From Leidyana gryllorum EB-2025a (Eukaryota > Protista > Apicomplexa): a DNA stretch of 64,000 nucleotides. The position numbers and the translations under genes were made by a program. Below the pieces are notes generated by a model. That model did not search any database. It was not told the DNA's origin and was given only the letters and a program-made list of their open reading frames with translations. The DNA lies in assembly GCA_048772705.1 (NCBI GenBank), contig JBLWGC010000104.1, forward strand, positions 868,001-932,000, read 5' to 3'. Numbering within the stretch: position 1 is the first letter of the stretch; each line of letters opens with the position of its first letter. Of this stretch, positions 26,992 through 38,200 are shown in pieces.

Positions 26992-29900
26992 TCACCTCCT
27001 GGGAATTGACTTACAAGGCAGCACCGTGTCAAAAAGCACTTTGACAACTTGCTTAAACGCGTCCGTATATATGGCGCATCCATTGTCACGTAGCATTGAG
27101 GGGGGGACATTATCAGCAATCAGCTCGTCAATGACATCTCTGTTAGAGGAGGTTTGAGCGCCCACGACAATGTTGGGAAACGTACTCTTTGAGGAACTCG
27201 TGAATGAATCGGGGTCGGGGCATTCGGTGCGAAAATATTTCGCCGCACCCTCTTCACTTGGGTTGAGTGGCCGCAGCCGTCGATGAGAAAGTCTGCTGAC
27301 ACTCTCCAATTCAACCGAATCAACTGGCTTTCCCAGCAGATGTGCGAATCGGGGCACCCATTCTTCCATAAACATCGATACGCGATGAGCCATATCAGCC
27401 AACGAAGGGTCAACTTCGGAACACTGAGGGTGTTGGGGGAATTGACTATACGATGCCATCATTTGACCCAATGGGGCTGCAACACGCAGCAAGTCCTCAA
27501 GACTTCTTGTAAGATTCGAAGCCGTCTGACCAGCGCTTGTATCCTCTACTTTCAAAGATGGGAAATGCCGACTCAGTTTCTCTGAAAAATCACCGCTCGT
27601 CGCGCCCAGAGACGCACCCACAGCCTCCGTGTTTCCAGTCTCCTCAGCAGCTCCGCCATTGGGCGTCGGGAAGACAGCGTTCGGGTCCCGGCCGCCGATG
27701 CTTTGGAAATGCAAACGGACTCGAGCCAAGTTGAGCAACGCTTCGAGTCCGAGTTCCAACAGTTGGAGATTGGCCGCTGCTGCCTCTTGACAAATGCGCA
27801 GCAAAACTTGGCGGAAACGAGCGTACAAACCGCAGCTTCCGTCTCCAAACTGAACCCACACACCTTTTGAATTCCATCCGCGCACAAAGATCTCCATATC
27901 GGCCAACATCGGACATATCTGAACATTGTCTCCCATCAATATAGAGGTCGCCTCTTCGAGTTCCGGCAAGAACATCTTGTCGAACCGATGTATCGCATCC
28001 TTGCGTCTGAAACTTGGATGAAGTCCCGATTCTGACTCTTGTAGAGCCATTCCTGCCACCTGACTGCTGACCAACGCTTCGATCAGTGCCAAGAAGTACT
28101 GACTCGAACGACAGAGAGCGTTCAATCTAACCACAAAGGCAGGGAACAACTGAAACGAGTTTGGATACGAAGAAGAATAGGAGACCCTCACCTGGTCGCC
28201 AAAGACGAGTTCAGCGGCTTCACAGCTGAGCAACAGACTATTCGGATCTGCGAGAGCAGAGAAGAACTTTGATCGGTATCTCCCAGTCAAAATGTCAATC
28301 TGCTCCGATGTAAAGTCACACGGACACATTCCCAGGTAGGTTCTTGGATCGACGGTCCAAGTGTAGAGACGCGGGATAAAGTGTTCCGAGGCCAATTGAG
28401 ACATCACCAGCTGCAGACTCGCAACATGTGATTGCGGGAAGATTTTCAGTATAGGAGCCAACACCCAGCCGCCCACTGTGTACGGGACCCGTCGTAGCCG
28501 CTGTAATATGGCGCGAGGGGGTAACGTCCTTATATAATGGGATGTACGATTCTTCAGCACACTGCGGTTGTTCTCGTAAGCGGGAACCCGCAGTGCGGTG
28601 TCGGTGGGTACAAAGTAACAACTTCGGTTCACTCGAGCGATTATCTGCTGCGAGGCTCTGAGGTCGACATCACTCGCCGTGTACTCCACAGTGGTGGCAG
28701 TGGGCAGAAACGGCGGCATCCCCCGTGAGGCACTGAGGACGTGAGCCATCAGCGCAAACTGATCGGGCCAACTCCGTCCGTTGATGATCAACAGGAGGTC
28801 CCGGCGGTTGACTATAGTTTTCTGCACCGCCAACTTAATGATAGCGAGACAGAACTTTGAGTTTGACTGACTCACCGCTGACACTATCTCGTGCATATAC
28901 TCAATACTTTTCATCGTCCACAACGCTCCCCAAAAGGTGATCAGTGCAGTTAGGAAGAGACGTCCCAGACTCCAGGAACTGTGGGCAGAAGAAAACATTG
29001 GAACAGCAGATTCATCAATACTCACGCTGGCGTCGAAGGGGCATAGACCTCCGAGAAGCCGAGGAGGGGAGACGGCGAGAACAAGAATCCGAGAATCAGA
29101 CGGAAAGCGAGAGCGTCAGAGAAGGGGTAATTAGTCGCAACCGCATAGAATAGAGCATTGAAGGCCAGGAAGATAACACCGGCTTTCAGGCAGACCCTCA
29201 ACGTTGTGTTCTCCGAGGACTTGACAGCTGTGACGAGGCGAACCCATTTTATACTGAAGGTTCCCTCCAGATAGCAAAATATCAGTATCGTTGCCCTGCG
29301 ATAGGAGGAGTGGAGTACACCGGGAGTGACGTGACTGCTTATACTCACCCCAGAACCGCACCGCGTGCCGTGTCCCAGATGGTCGTTTTGCACCCCAACA
29401 TTCGTAAGCAAGCGATGGTCAAAGCCGCGTAGAAACGTCCCTGGACCAACAAGGCCAAATATGGTAGAGGACGGCGCATATGCTGCCACAACAGGGCATG
29501 GTAGGGAGCAAACTCGCTATTGTCTGAGATAAGCAGCGGTGTTGGTGGAGGAGGTCCGCGAATTCTTGCCACTTACGAGTGACGAGAGATACTGTACAGC
29601 ATGGAATGAATGCGTAATGCGCAACTGTAGCTACAGCGGCTTGGAAGTAGTCCTGAGCTGTGGGATTGCGGAAAGCGGCAGTCAATTTCAGCTGTATATT
29701 TCGAACGCTTACGGAAGGCACTTCCCCGAACGAGGTATGATAAGAAGGGGAAGAGGAGCAACATGGTCAGAGAGAAGGTGATGAGACCTCGAAGGGAAGA
29801 ACCAATGAGTCTGAAGAGCATATTGGTTTTCATCTTGAAGGAGGCGACGAGCACCCGCTCGCGGAAGTCGTTGACGCTGGTCCCATGGCGCTGTTTCTCT

Positions 29901-30274
29901 TGTTTGAGATTGGCCAATAAAGATATACGCTCGTTCTGGAGGCGTCCTGCGGTTGGTGACGTTAGTCTCGGGAGTGCTGCCGCTCCTGCTGCCGCCGCGG
30001 CCGCGGCGCTACTACTCGGATACAGAGTAGCATTCTGAAGATTCACAGAATGCCGGGTGGGGGTGTAGGGTAGAGGTGGCGGGGAAGATGGACGAGGCGC
30101 GGCCGTCGTAGAGGCATTGGTTTGCACCAGAGCTTGATGACGCTGGGTACTAAGTTTCCGTCGAACGTGAACCAACGGCTGCTCTTTCTGTGATGTTGGT
30201 TGCCCAGGCTGCAGGTGTTGGAGGGGTGGGTGCTTGTTTAGGAAGTCCACGAAGGCATTAGTCGGGGTGGCCAT
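26992..30274 (-). CDS. Multi-pass membrane protein (~6 N-terminal TM segments plus large soluble C-terminal domain), possible divergent NDC1 nucleoporin, ~1,024 aa
   Basis: Introns 29658-29712, 29524-29576, 29296-29348 and 28979-29025 join the ORFs in frame. Hydrophobic segments occupy the first third. The C-terminal segments QYFLALIEAL...PSFRRKDAI and LGLEALLNL...EDTSAGQTASNLTRSLEDLL loosely resemble NDC1 motifs. The gene model is more certain than the identity. Confidence 0.55.
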
Positions 30275-30289
30275 CGTCACAAAAAGGTC

Positions 30290-33200
30290 CTAGGAGTTTT
30301 TCAGGCCCACTCTGGTATGGAAGAGGTGAAGGAAGAGTATGGCTGCCGCTCGGTACGCCAGCCCTTGCACCAGCATTCTAACTAAGCAGCCTTCGAAGGT
30401 GAAAGCATCTTTCTCGCGGACGCCACCGATAAAGTCAGCCACGAACCACTCGGATGCCACTCCAACACCGCCCTCGCCGACTATGAGCATCAGTGCGGCG
30501 TAGGCCTCGCGAACCATTGAGAATTTGCCCAAAAAGTGGAACCAACCTGAGTCCACAGTCGTCCGTAACACAAATCCGGTAGTCAGTAGGCACAGTGTCA
30601 GCATCAATGTAGCTACAGCCGTCGATGCTGCCTTTGACGAGCATAACGAGGATGCGAACAGTGCCATACCCCCTGCACTGAACGTTTCCAGGATAAGGAC
30701 AATCAGCAACTTGACCACTCCATTATCGTACGAACTTATTCCTGTCATGTACGCCACAATTAGACCGAAAGCGACGATAGGCAGCAACTGGATGACAATG
30801 TCGACCGCCATTCGCGCCAATGCAAATGTCAGTCGGAAGTACGAGCCGTTCAGAATGTCCTTGTTGGCAAGCAAACGAGCTTCCGGGAAACTCAGTGCGG
30901 ACTCTATCCCCCAGCAGGCCGAGATCGCCGTCACCACGAACGCGAGCCCGGCAAGGTTCACCACACTCCAAGTGTGGTTCACAACGTCGCTCAGAATGGT
31001 CATGAAGGCTTCTGGAACATACATCAAGAGCTCGCAGATTGGCAGTATGCAATTCTTCGGATGGGCCTTCTCAAAGACAGCTATCATTGAGTCTGCCAAG
31101 CTGCTCATATTCGACTTGATGCTCGGACGGTGAGCCGAGGGCCAAACCATGTACGCAACCAACTCGCTGAAGTCCAGATCAATGGGCAGAATGTCCATCA
31201 GATCTCTCCAGGTACTCTCCAGTATCTTCGCACCGCTCCATTCGCTCGTGGCTGTTAGACGACGCTTCGCCCCTCGGAGATTCAGGCCCCCGAAGAACTC
31301 AACCGCCCGATCCACTATGCGCTGAACCTCTCCTTTCCGCCGAATGGCACGTTGCTTCTCGTCGAGAGTGTCGTCGAACATTGCATTGACCTCACTTGGG
31401 TTCGGTCGGCCATACTCATAGAGTTTCTCGCTGCTCAGCAGCTCCTCAAACCACGGAGCCAAGACTTCCTTGTGCCCCAAAAGATACTCTTCCAACTCTT
31501 CATCGGACATTGCATCGATATCCATCCCAACTCCCGGTAGTGCGCCCATCTCGTCAACGCTAGCAGCTGACTGCATACTTGTCCGTGGCACCGGTGTGGG
31601 GAGTACATTCGGCGGGGAGTAAGAGAAAGGCGTGATGTTCGGTAACCCAGCGCACCTCACCAAAACATCGTACAGGCCGAGTTGCGCAGAGCGAGTCAGC
31701 ACGCATGTCCATCTCAGCAGAACGGTCCATCTATTGAAACATTTCCCCACCTCGTACCAGTCTTGATTATACAAAAAGTCTAGAGCTTGATACGCCATTA
31801 TTGCCTGCTCCAGTGCTTGTTGAGCATAGCTTTCTTCGCCCTCCCATTCCGGGATCTCAAAATGGGTCGGAGGGTATAGATTGGCTAAACCCAACGATCG
31901 ATGGACGCATGGTATGTATGTGGGAATGAGGTTCGCCAGTGTATCTTCGGACCCTTCAGGAAGCTGAAACACACTCCCATTTCCATCAATTCCGTCAAAA
32001 ATTGGATCGAAGATCACACGACTGCCTTCTCCATCCAACCCCCAGTAAATTACAGACATAACAGTTCTAATTCCCAGCAACATCTCCTCAGTAAGGTAGA
32101 AATCAGACTTCGACATTTCCTCCTCCGACTCTGTGGTCGTAAAGTAATTTTCATCGCCCTCTTCTTCAAATGGACTCAAACCAACTCTTCCTTCTCCATC
32201 TATCGGAGAATCGGCTTCCTCAGTCGATGTGTCTTCCCCATGGTACCAAGGAGGGTATGGGAAACTTCGATCCAGAGCAGGTAAAGTCGGTTCCAGAGGG
32301 ATTGTCGCGAATTCATCAAGGGCGTGCGCGGCTTGCCAGTACACTGTGCCCACCACCAGCCCCAATACAATGAGGATCAAAATTGTCGAGCGCCAGAAGC
32401 CGGCATTGAGCACTCTATTTCGTGTGTGTCGCTGCGAGACACACGAAGTGATAGGTGTGCGGGACGATCTCTTCGATAGCCTACCATTAGCAAGACGCCG
32501 ACAGAAACAAACCAACCCAGGATTGCAGAGTAGAATCCCCCCGTGGGTGGCTTGTAGTCTGGGCTATAAGTCATTCCGGGCTTCCTGGCAGCAAGCTCGG
32601 TGGGCTTCTGTTGCTCCGTCGTGTCCTCAAACGCGGTGGCTTGGTCAAGAGCGTCCTTGAGGTCCCTTGAGGCACGTGACGGAGCGCTATGTATATGTTG
32701 GGCAATGCAAAAGAGTCTCTCCAACGGAGTGGGGTCTTCCATGGGGAGATTCAGGTCGAGAGCTTGGGCGAGTTCACTCGAGAAGTACTTGATGACGAAG
32801 TTGGGTGAACCGGTGCAAATGATTCGCCCCGCCGCCATGATGTAAACTCGGTCGAACATATCGAAAACCTGCGAGGAGCGTGTTAATTGAGTGTGCCAAA
32901 GGAGGGTTTACTCGTTGACTCGGCTGATGAGCGACGCATAACACTGACATTTGGCCATTGGACGACTTGACTCGGTCACGCAGCGATTTGACAATCTTGA
33001 CAGCATTATGTGCGTCGAGACCACTCGTTGGTTCATCGATTAGTAGGACCGATGGGTTGTCTATGGTCTCAAGGGCAAAGGCGAGTCGTCGGCGCTGGCC
33101 TGCGAGATGATGGGTGGGTGGTGTGCAAGATTCCTAGCCATGGGTCGGCGTACCTGTGCTGATGTGGGACTGATAGGTGGATCCAATGCGCTGGTCCTGA

Positions 33201-33601
33201 CAGCTGACGAGGTCGAAGGTGCAGAGGAGATCATCAACAACTGCTCTGAGGTCGACCCCGATTGGCGGGAGCCGTAGTCTCGCTTGCGACATGAGACATC
33301 CTCTGACTGTTTGTTCTGAGACAAGGAAGTCGCCAGTTGGGACGAATTTGATAGCACGTCGTTTCTGGAAGGCCATGAGGCCCATATGAGCGTCATCACG
33401 CCACTCGCAGCGTCCAGCGGCGATCGCGCTTCGGCCGAATACGCCGGCGAAATGTTTCAAGAGAGTTGTTTTACCACAACCACTGGGTCCCATGAGAGCG
33501 ACTAGCTCTCCAGGATTGAGTCGTAATGATACATCTTCGAATATGTCTCTTTGGCGCAAGGAAACACCGCCAGTGAGACCAACAACTCTGAGGTAGACCA
33601 T
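30290..33601 (-). CDS. ABCG-family half transporter (NBD-TMD), ~1,053 aa
   Basis: Walker [10 protein letters not shown], signature-like ISTGQRRR, Walker B/D-loop [12 protein letters not shown] and H-loop HQPS. Introns 33100-33153, 32869-32911 and 32432-32484. A C-terminal ABC2-type TM domain is present. Confidence 0.92.
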
Positions 33602-33631
33602 CAGCGTCCAAAAATATGACACTCTGCAGCA

Positions 33632-33639
33632 TGCATGCA
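33632..33639. promoter_or_regulatory. Palindromic TGCATGCA element in the 40-nt divergent ABCG/secreted-gene spacer
   Basis: The sequence GCATGCATGCA is seen directly. TGCATGCA is a known ApiAP2-binding motif in apicomplexans. Function here is inferred. Confidence 0.3.
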
Positions 33640-33641
33640 CG

Positions 33642-35015
33642 ATGTATTACTGGTTGAGATGGGTGTTCTCAGCATTGGCTGTGCATGGATGGGAGGAGGC
33701 TATCTGCGCGGGATCATATCTACCGCAAACACAACTTGACGTACGGTATTATTTGGTCCCAAAGGTCTCGGCGATTGGATCAAAGGTCAAAGAAAAGTTT
33801 CAAGGCAGGGGTCGGCGGTTCTATGTGGCGAATGAGGGGCAAAAGGCTGTGCTGGGTGCCGAGATAAAGACCTTACGGTCGGACTTTATCAATGCCGTTG
33901 CAGGTCTGGCCAATAATATGCAGACGATGGGTCGCACGTCAAATGTGCAGCCCCTGGTGACACTCCCGCACCTTGTCGGATTAGAGATTCTCGCGTCTAA
34001 TATCGAGATTGCAGCAAAGTATCTGGCTGGTGACGTCTTCGACCCGTCATGGCGGCAAAAGGCGGTCGAACTAGTGGGCATCATCTCCAAGTACCTACAG
34101 CCCGATAGCTCCCAGGCTTCAGGGACTTTTCAGCGTGAGGGGCTGGCCAGCGCGGCAGCTCAGATGTTGATAAAACCGTCCAACACTGGTCGTGAAGACT
34201 TTCGAGCCCAAGCGTCTCAGGTCAACGTGCAAGTTGCTCTGAATCTCACTCACGGTAAGTTCCTGTTTGACTTGGCTGGGAAATCAATCTTTCTCCTCAG
34301 CATGCGGAAAGGACGGATATCCAGTTTACTCGACTTTCCCGTACGGACGTGGTCAGGTTTTGGAGATTGGTGGGGATGGGGAGTGGGATGCTGACATGAT
34401 GGAATCCTTCATCCGTCAATACAACGTTGAGAACTGTGTGGAGTCCTCCCTGGAGCCTATTGTAAAGGAGCAGATTTTCGAAGGTGTCAAGGAGTACCTG
34501 AAGTGGCTGTCGCCTCTCGTCCAATGGGAAGCACACGACGTTGCTCATGAGCTGAAGGGGCAAACTGATTACTTTCTGCTGGCAGCCTGGCTCGTGTATA
34601 CGCCTATGGGGGTCAACTTCAAGAAGAAGCGCTTAGACTTTCTCCGAAGGAAGATCGAGCAACACTTTTGCGACATCCAGCGTTCTTTGCGGTCTAATCA
34701 AGTGGATGACGCCCCGTGTTCTCTTACATACTTCGCAGTCCACGTAAGTCATCTGAGTCTCTCTCCTCGGGCGATATATTCATATCAATTCTTCCACAGG
34801 CTTTACAAAGCAATATATTCAAACATGACGTCGAAGATTGCCCAGCGGATGCGCAAAATCTACCACAACAGGCACGGAGTAATTCTGAATCTTTCACAAT
34901 ATTGGGCAAAGATTACGAAATGGAGGTGCCCATGAGTTTTGTTAATATGAGATCCCCAGCTGACGCCCCCCAACCTTCCGCACCGCCCCCAGTGGGCAAG
35001 GCTGTAACTATGTGA
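33642..35015 (+). CDS. Predicted secreted protein, family A short member, ~423 aa
   Basis: Signal-peptide-like N-terminus [16 protein letters not shown]. Introns 34255-34300 and 34744-34799. Similar to the N-terminal part of 35232..40803. Confidence 0.75.
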
Positions 35016-35231
35016 TGATTTTTGACGATTTTGTTCCAACACACCTTCCCAGTGGCGTGTCATGTCACTTTCTCTTTCTAATCAAAGACTGTTGCAACCA
35101 CTCGTTGGATATATCTTCGAGTGGTTACTGTGATGCTAATCATTGTATCATGCAATGTCAGATGTACTTGATCTCATCGTATCTCGCACATCGGCTTCTG
35201 CGCATGTTGCACGGACTTGCATGCTCACTCG

Positions 35232-38200
35232 ATGAAGCCGATCATCTATCTCCTGATCGCATTCATATGTATACCTGGACAGCCTTCGATAGCTGTTCAC
35301 GCAGCTGACACGGCTCCTAGTCAAGAGGTCGCTGTCGAGGCCGTGAGTGATGGTACAGCGACGGCTGCCACCTCGGCGGATTCGGCCGCTGCTGCGTCAC
35401 CGGCTTCTCCTCCCCTACCTGCCAACGAAGCAAATAGTCCGGCAACTGCGGCTGCGGCGGCAGCACCTGTCGCCGCGACCGCAGCAAAACCACCGACCGC
35501 GGCCAAGTTATTGGAGATGGCCGTCTCCCAGGGTGGCACCACTGGCGTCGACGCAGATATGATCGAAATCTATCAACAAGTCTACGTCAAGAGGCAGCTT
35601 AAGAAGAATCAGGTCGTGGCAGCACTCCGAGATATGGTCAAAGTCGGTGTCTTGACACAGCAGAAAGGGGGCAATCTCAAGTCGTCTCCCAAACTTATCG
35701 GGTTGGCCTACATACCTCCCACCAGCCCGAAACCCATTGTCAAAGAAGCCATGACCAAAATTCCAGCCCTCGGGTCTGCCGTGGAGGCCGAGATGCATGA
35801 TCGAGATCGAGCGGAGATCCACAGCACTCTGTTGGAGCTTCCGTCCAAAGATAGACTGGTTATCCATTTGACCAATATTCATGACGATATGGTCAAAGAG
35901 ATCCAAGCCTCACCTGAATCGAAGATCACTATCAACAATTACATCAAGTTAATGTACATTCTCTACCTCGCCCAGTCGCACAACAATCCGAAAATCAGCC
36001 AAGTCAGTCCTTTCCCCCCCAACGCCCTCGATGGCCTCGACGCCACTGCAGGCGCGGGAGGTGCTGATGCTGGCGGCGGTGACGACGATGATATGGACTT
36101 TGAGTTGGAGTTGGATGAGGATTTGGCTGCAGAACTGGAAGAGCTCGCCGATCAACTCGACGAGTCAGAGCTCATTCCGAATGATCTCACCAGATTCGAC
36201 GCTCCAAACATCACGGAACCCGATGCCAAATCCGCCTATCATTTCAGTACCGCTCTCTTTTACAGTAAGCGTCTCTACGAACTTTTCACTTCTAAAAACG
36301 GTCTCGCCCCTCAGGTTGCAGCAAGCAAAAGACGTATATCCAACCGGTGGACCCCTTCGTGGCTGTCAACGCGCCTGTCCAGTGGAACAGTGTTCTCGTT
36401 CGTACCTATGTATTGAACTACCTGCTTCTGCAGTGTGTCAAGTTTGATAAACAGGAGCTCACTGTCAAATTCTTGGCCGATATGGTGGAGTATCTGCACC
36501 GCAAGTCAAATGAGGTCAAATGGGATATCAGTACGGCATTGACTAACTCCGTTGGACAATTGAGTGATGACACACCGGCATCAAAGGCAATGGTCTTCGC
36601 TCTCTGGGCAGGAATCAGTCCTGATGGGATCAAATGGCGAGCGCAACAAAGTTATGATCTCGATATGCAAAGCTCGGTCCTCGAGTGCCTCATATCGTCA
36701 TACATTCGTATCTCTCAAGATGCCTTGGACCCCACATGGTGCTTCTTTGTCATTCCCTTCGATCTCATACCCGGCTTGGATGTCTCCAAGAATTACGGTG
36801 CATCTCGCTACACCTTCGCCCCCCCTCAAACCAATATGTGCCCTCTCACCTCAAAGTTCGATTGGAGCGACCCGGCTTTCGCTAAATACATCAACTTTGG
36901 ACGTGCTGCTCCTACCGCAGCTCCTGTGGTGGAAGAGACTACAACAAACACCACCCAACCAGCGCAGACCACCGAAGAGAGCACCACCGCTGGTGCTGCC
37001 ACGACCGCCGGTGTCGCCGAAGACCCCTTCATGAGCAGAATAAACCCACTGAACGCAAGGATTGCCACTCTCATCAATGGGTACAAAGACAACATGAACG
37101 CGCAAGATCTGGGTGCCCACGTCATAAACGCCTTGAGTCTACTCCAGAAAGCACGGGAGCTCGCGTCTGAGATTCAGAAAGCTCCCGAGGCGAGTCCCGA
37201 GGCGAAAGAGGCAATTGCAGCCACCCTCAAAACCCTCCAAGATCATCTGAACTCCATCAGTCCTCATGTCGCTGCTTTTGTCACCGACATGAGTCCTGAG
37301 GCATCTGCCATTCTCGGACCCGCTGAGAGTCTTCTTGAATCGAGCGCGCTGGATGCCCCCAGGCGGAAGCTGATCGAAGACGCGCTCAAGGGACGTGCTG
37401 CCGGTGCAGATGTCGTGGACGCGCCAGCAAGTAGATCTGCCGCCGCTGCTGCTGTTCCCGAGCCGCCTGCCAGCACCACAGAGGAAGCCACCACCACCAC
37501 CCCGTCCCCGCTGCTCGCTAAGGCCGACGCGTTGTCGGCAGAAATCCAGTCGTTGATCCAATCGTACGATAAGAAGTGGGAAGCACCAGAGTTGGGTACT
37601 CATATCGGCACTGCATTGCGGTTGAACGGTGAGGCACAAAAGCTCGGACAAGAGATGGATGCGGCCAGTCTGTCCAGTTCTAACCCCAGAATAACACTCA
37701 CTAAACGACAGGAGGCTCTGGCTGACCATTTGAACGGACTTACCAAACCCTTGGTGGATAAGTTGAAGGATAAGACCAACGACGCTAACGACGCTCTCAT
37801 CGAACCCGCTCGACAGCTCCTCGACTCCAAGCTTTTGACTGCGAAGAATGCCGGTGCATTGGAGTTGGCCCTGGCTGAACGCGCTACCGCTAAAGACGTC
37901 AAACGTCACGAACCGGCAGCAGCTCCCCAAGCACCTACCGATGATGCGCTCAAGAAGGCTATCGACGCCTTGAAGAAGACCCCATATAGCAAGCAGTTGT
38001 GGAGAGCGGCTGAGGCTTTCGATAAAGCCGTGGCTGCCGTTCCACCATCACCTGAGGTCGAGAAAGCTCGTGAGGAGGCCAAGACCTTTATCAGTACTGC
38101 GGTATTGGAGGGGGCGCCTAAGGACCGAAAGACGACCAGAGCACTACTCGACCCCTCTGAAGTCCGGCCTCTGGCTCCGGCTGCCAACCCGAAATCGGGA

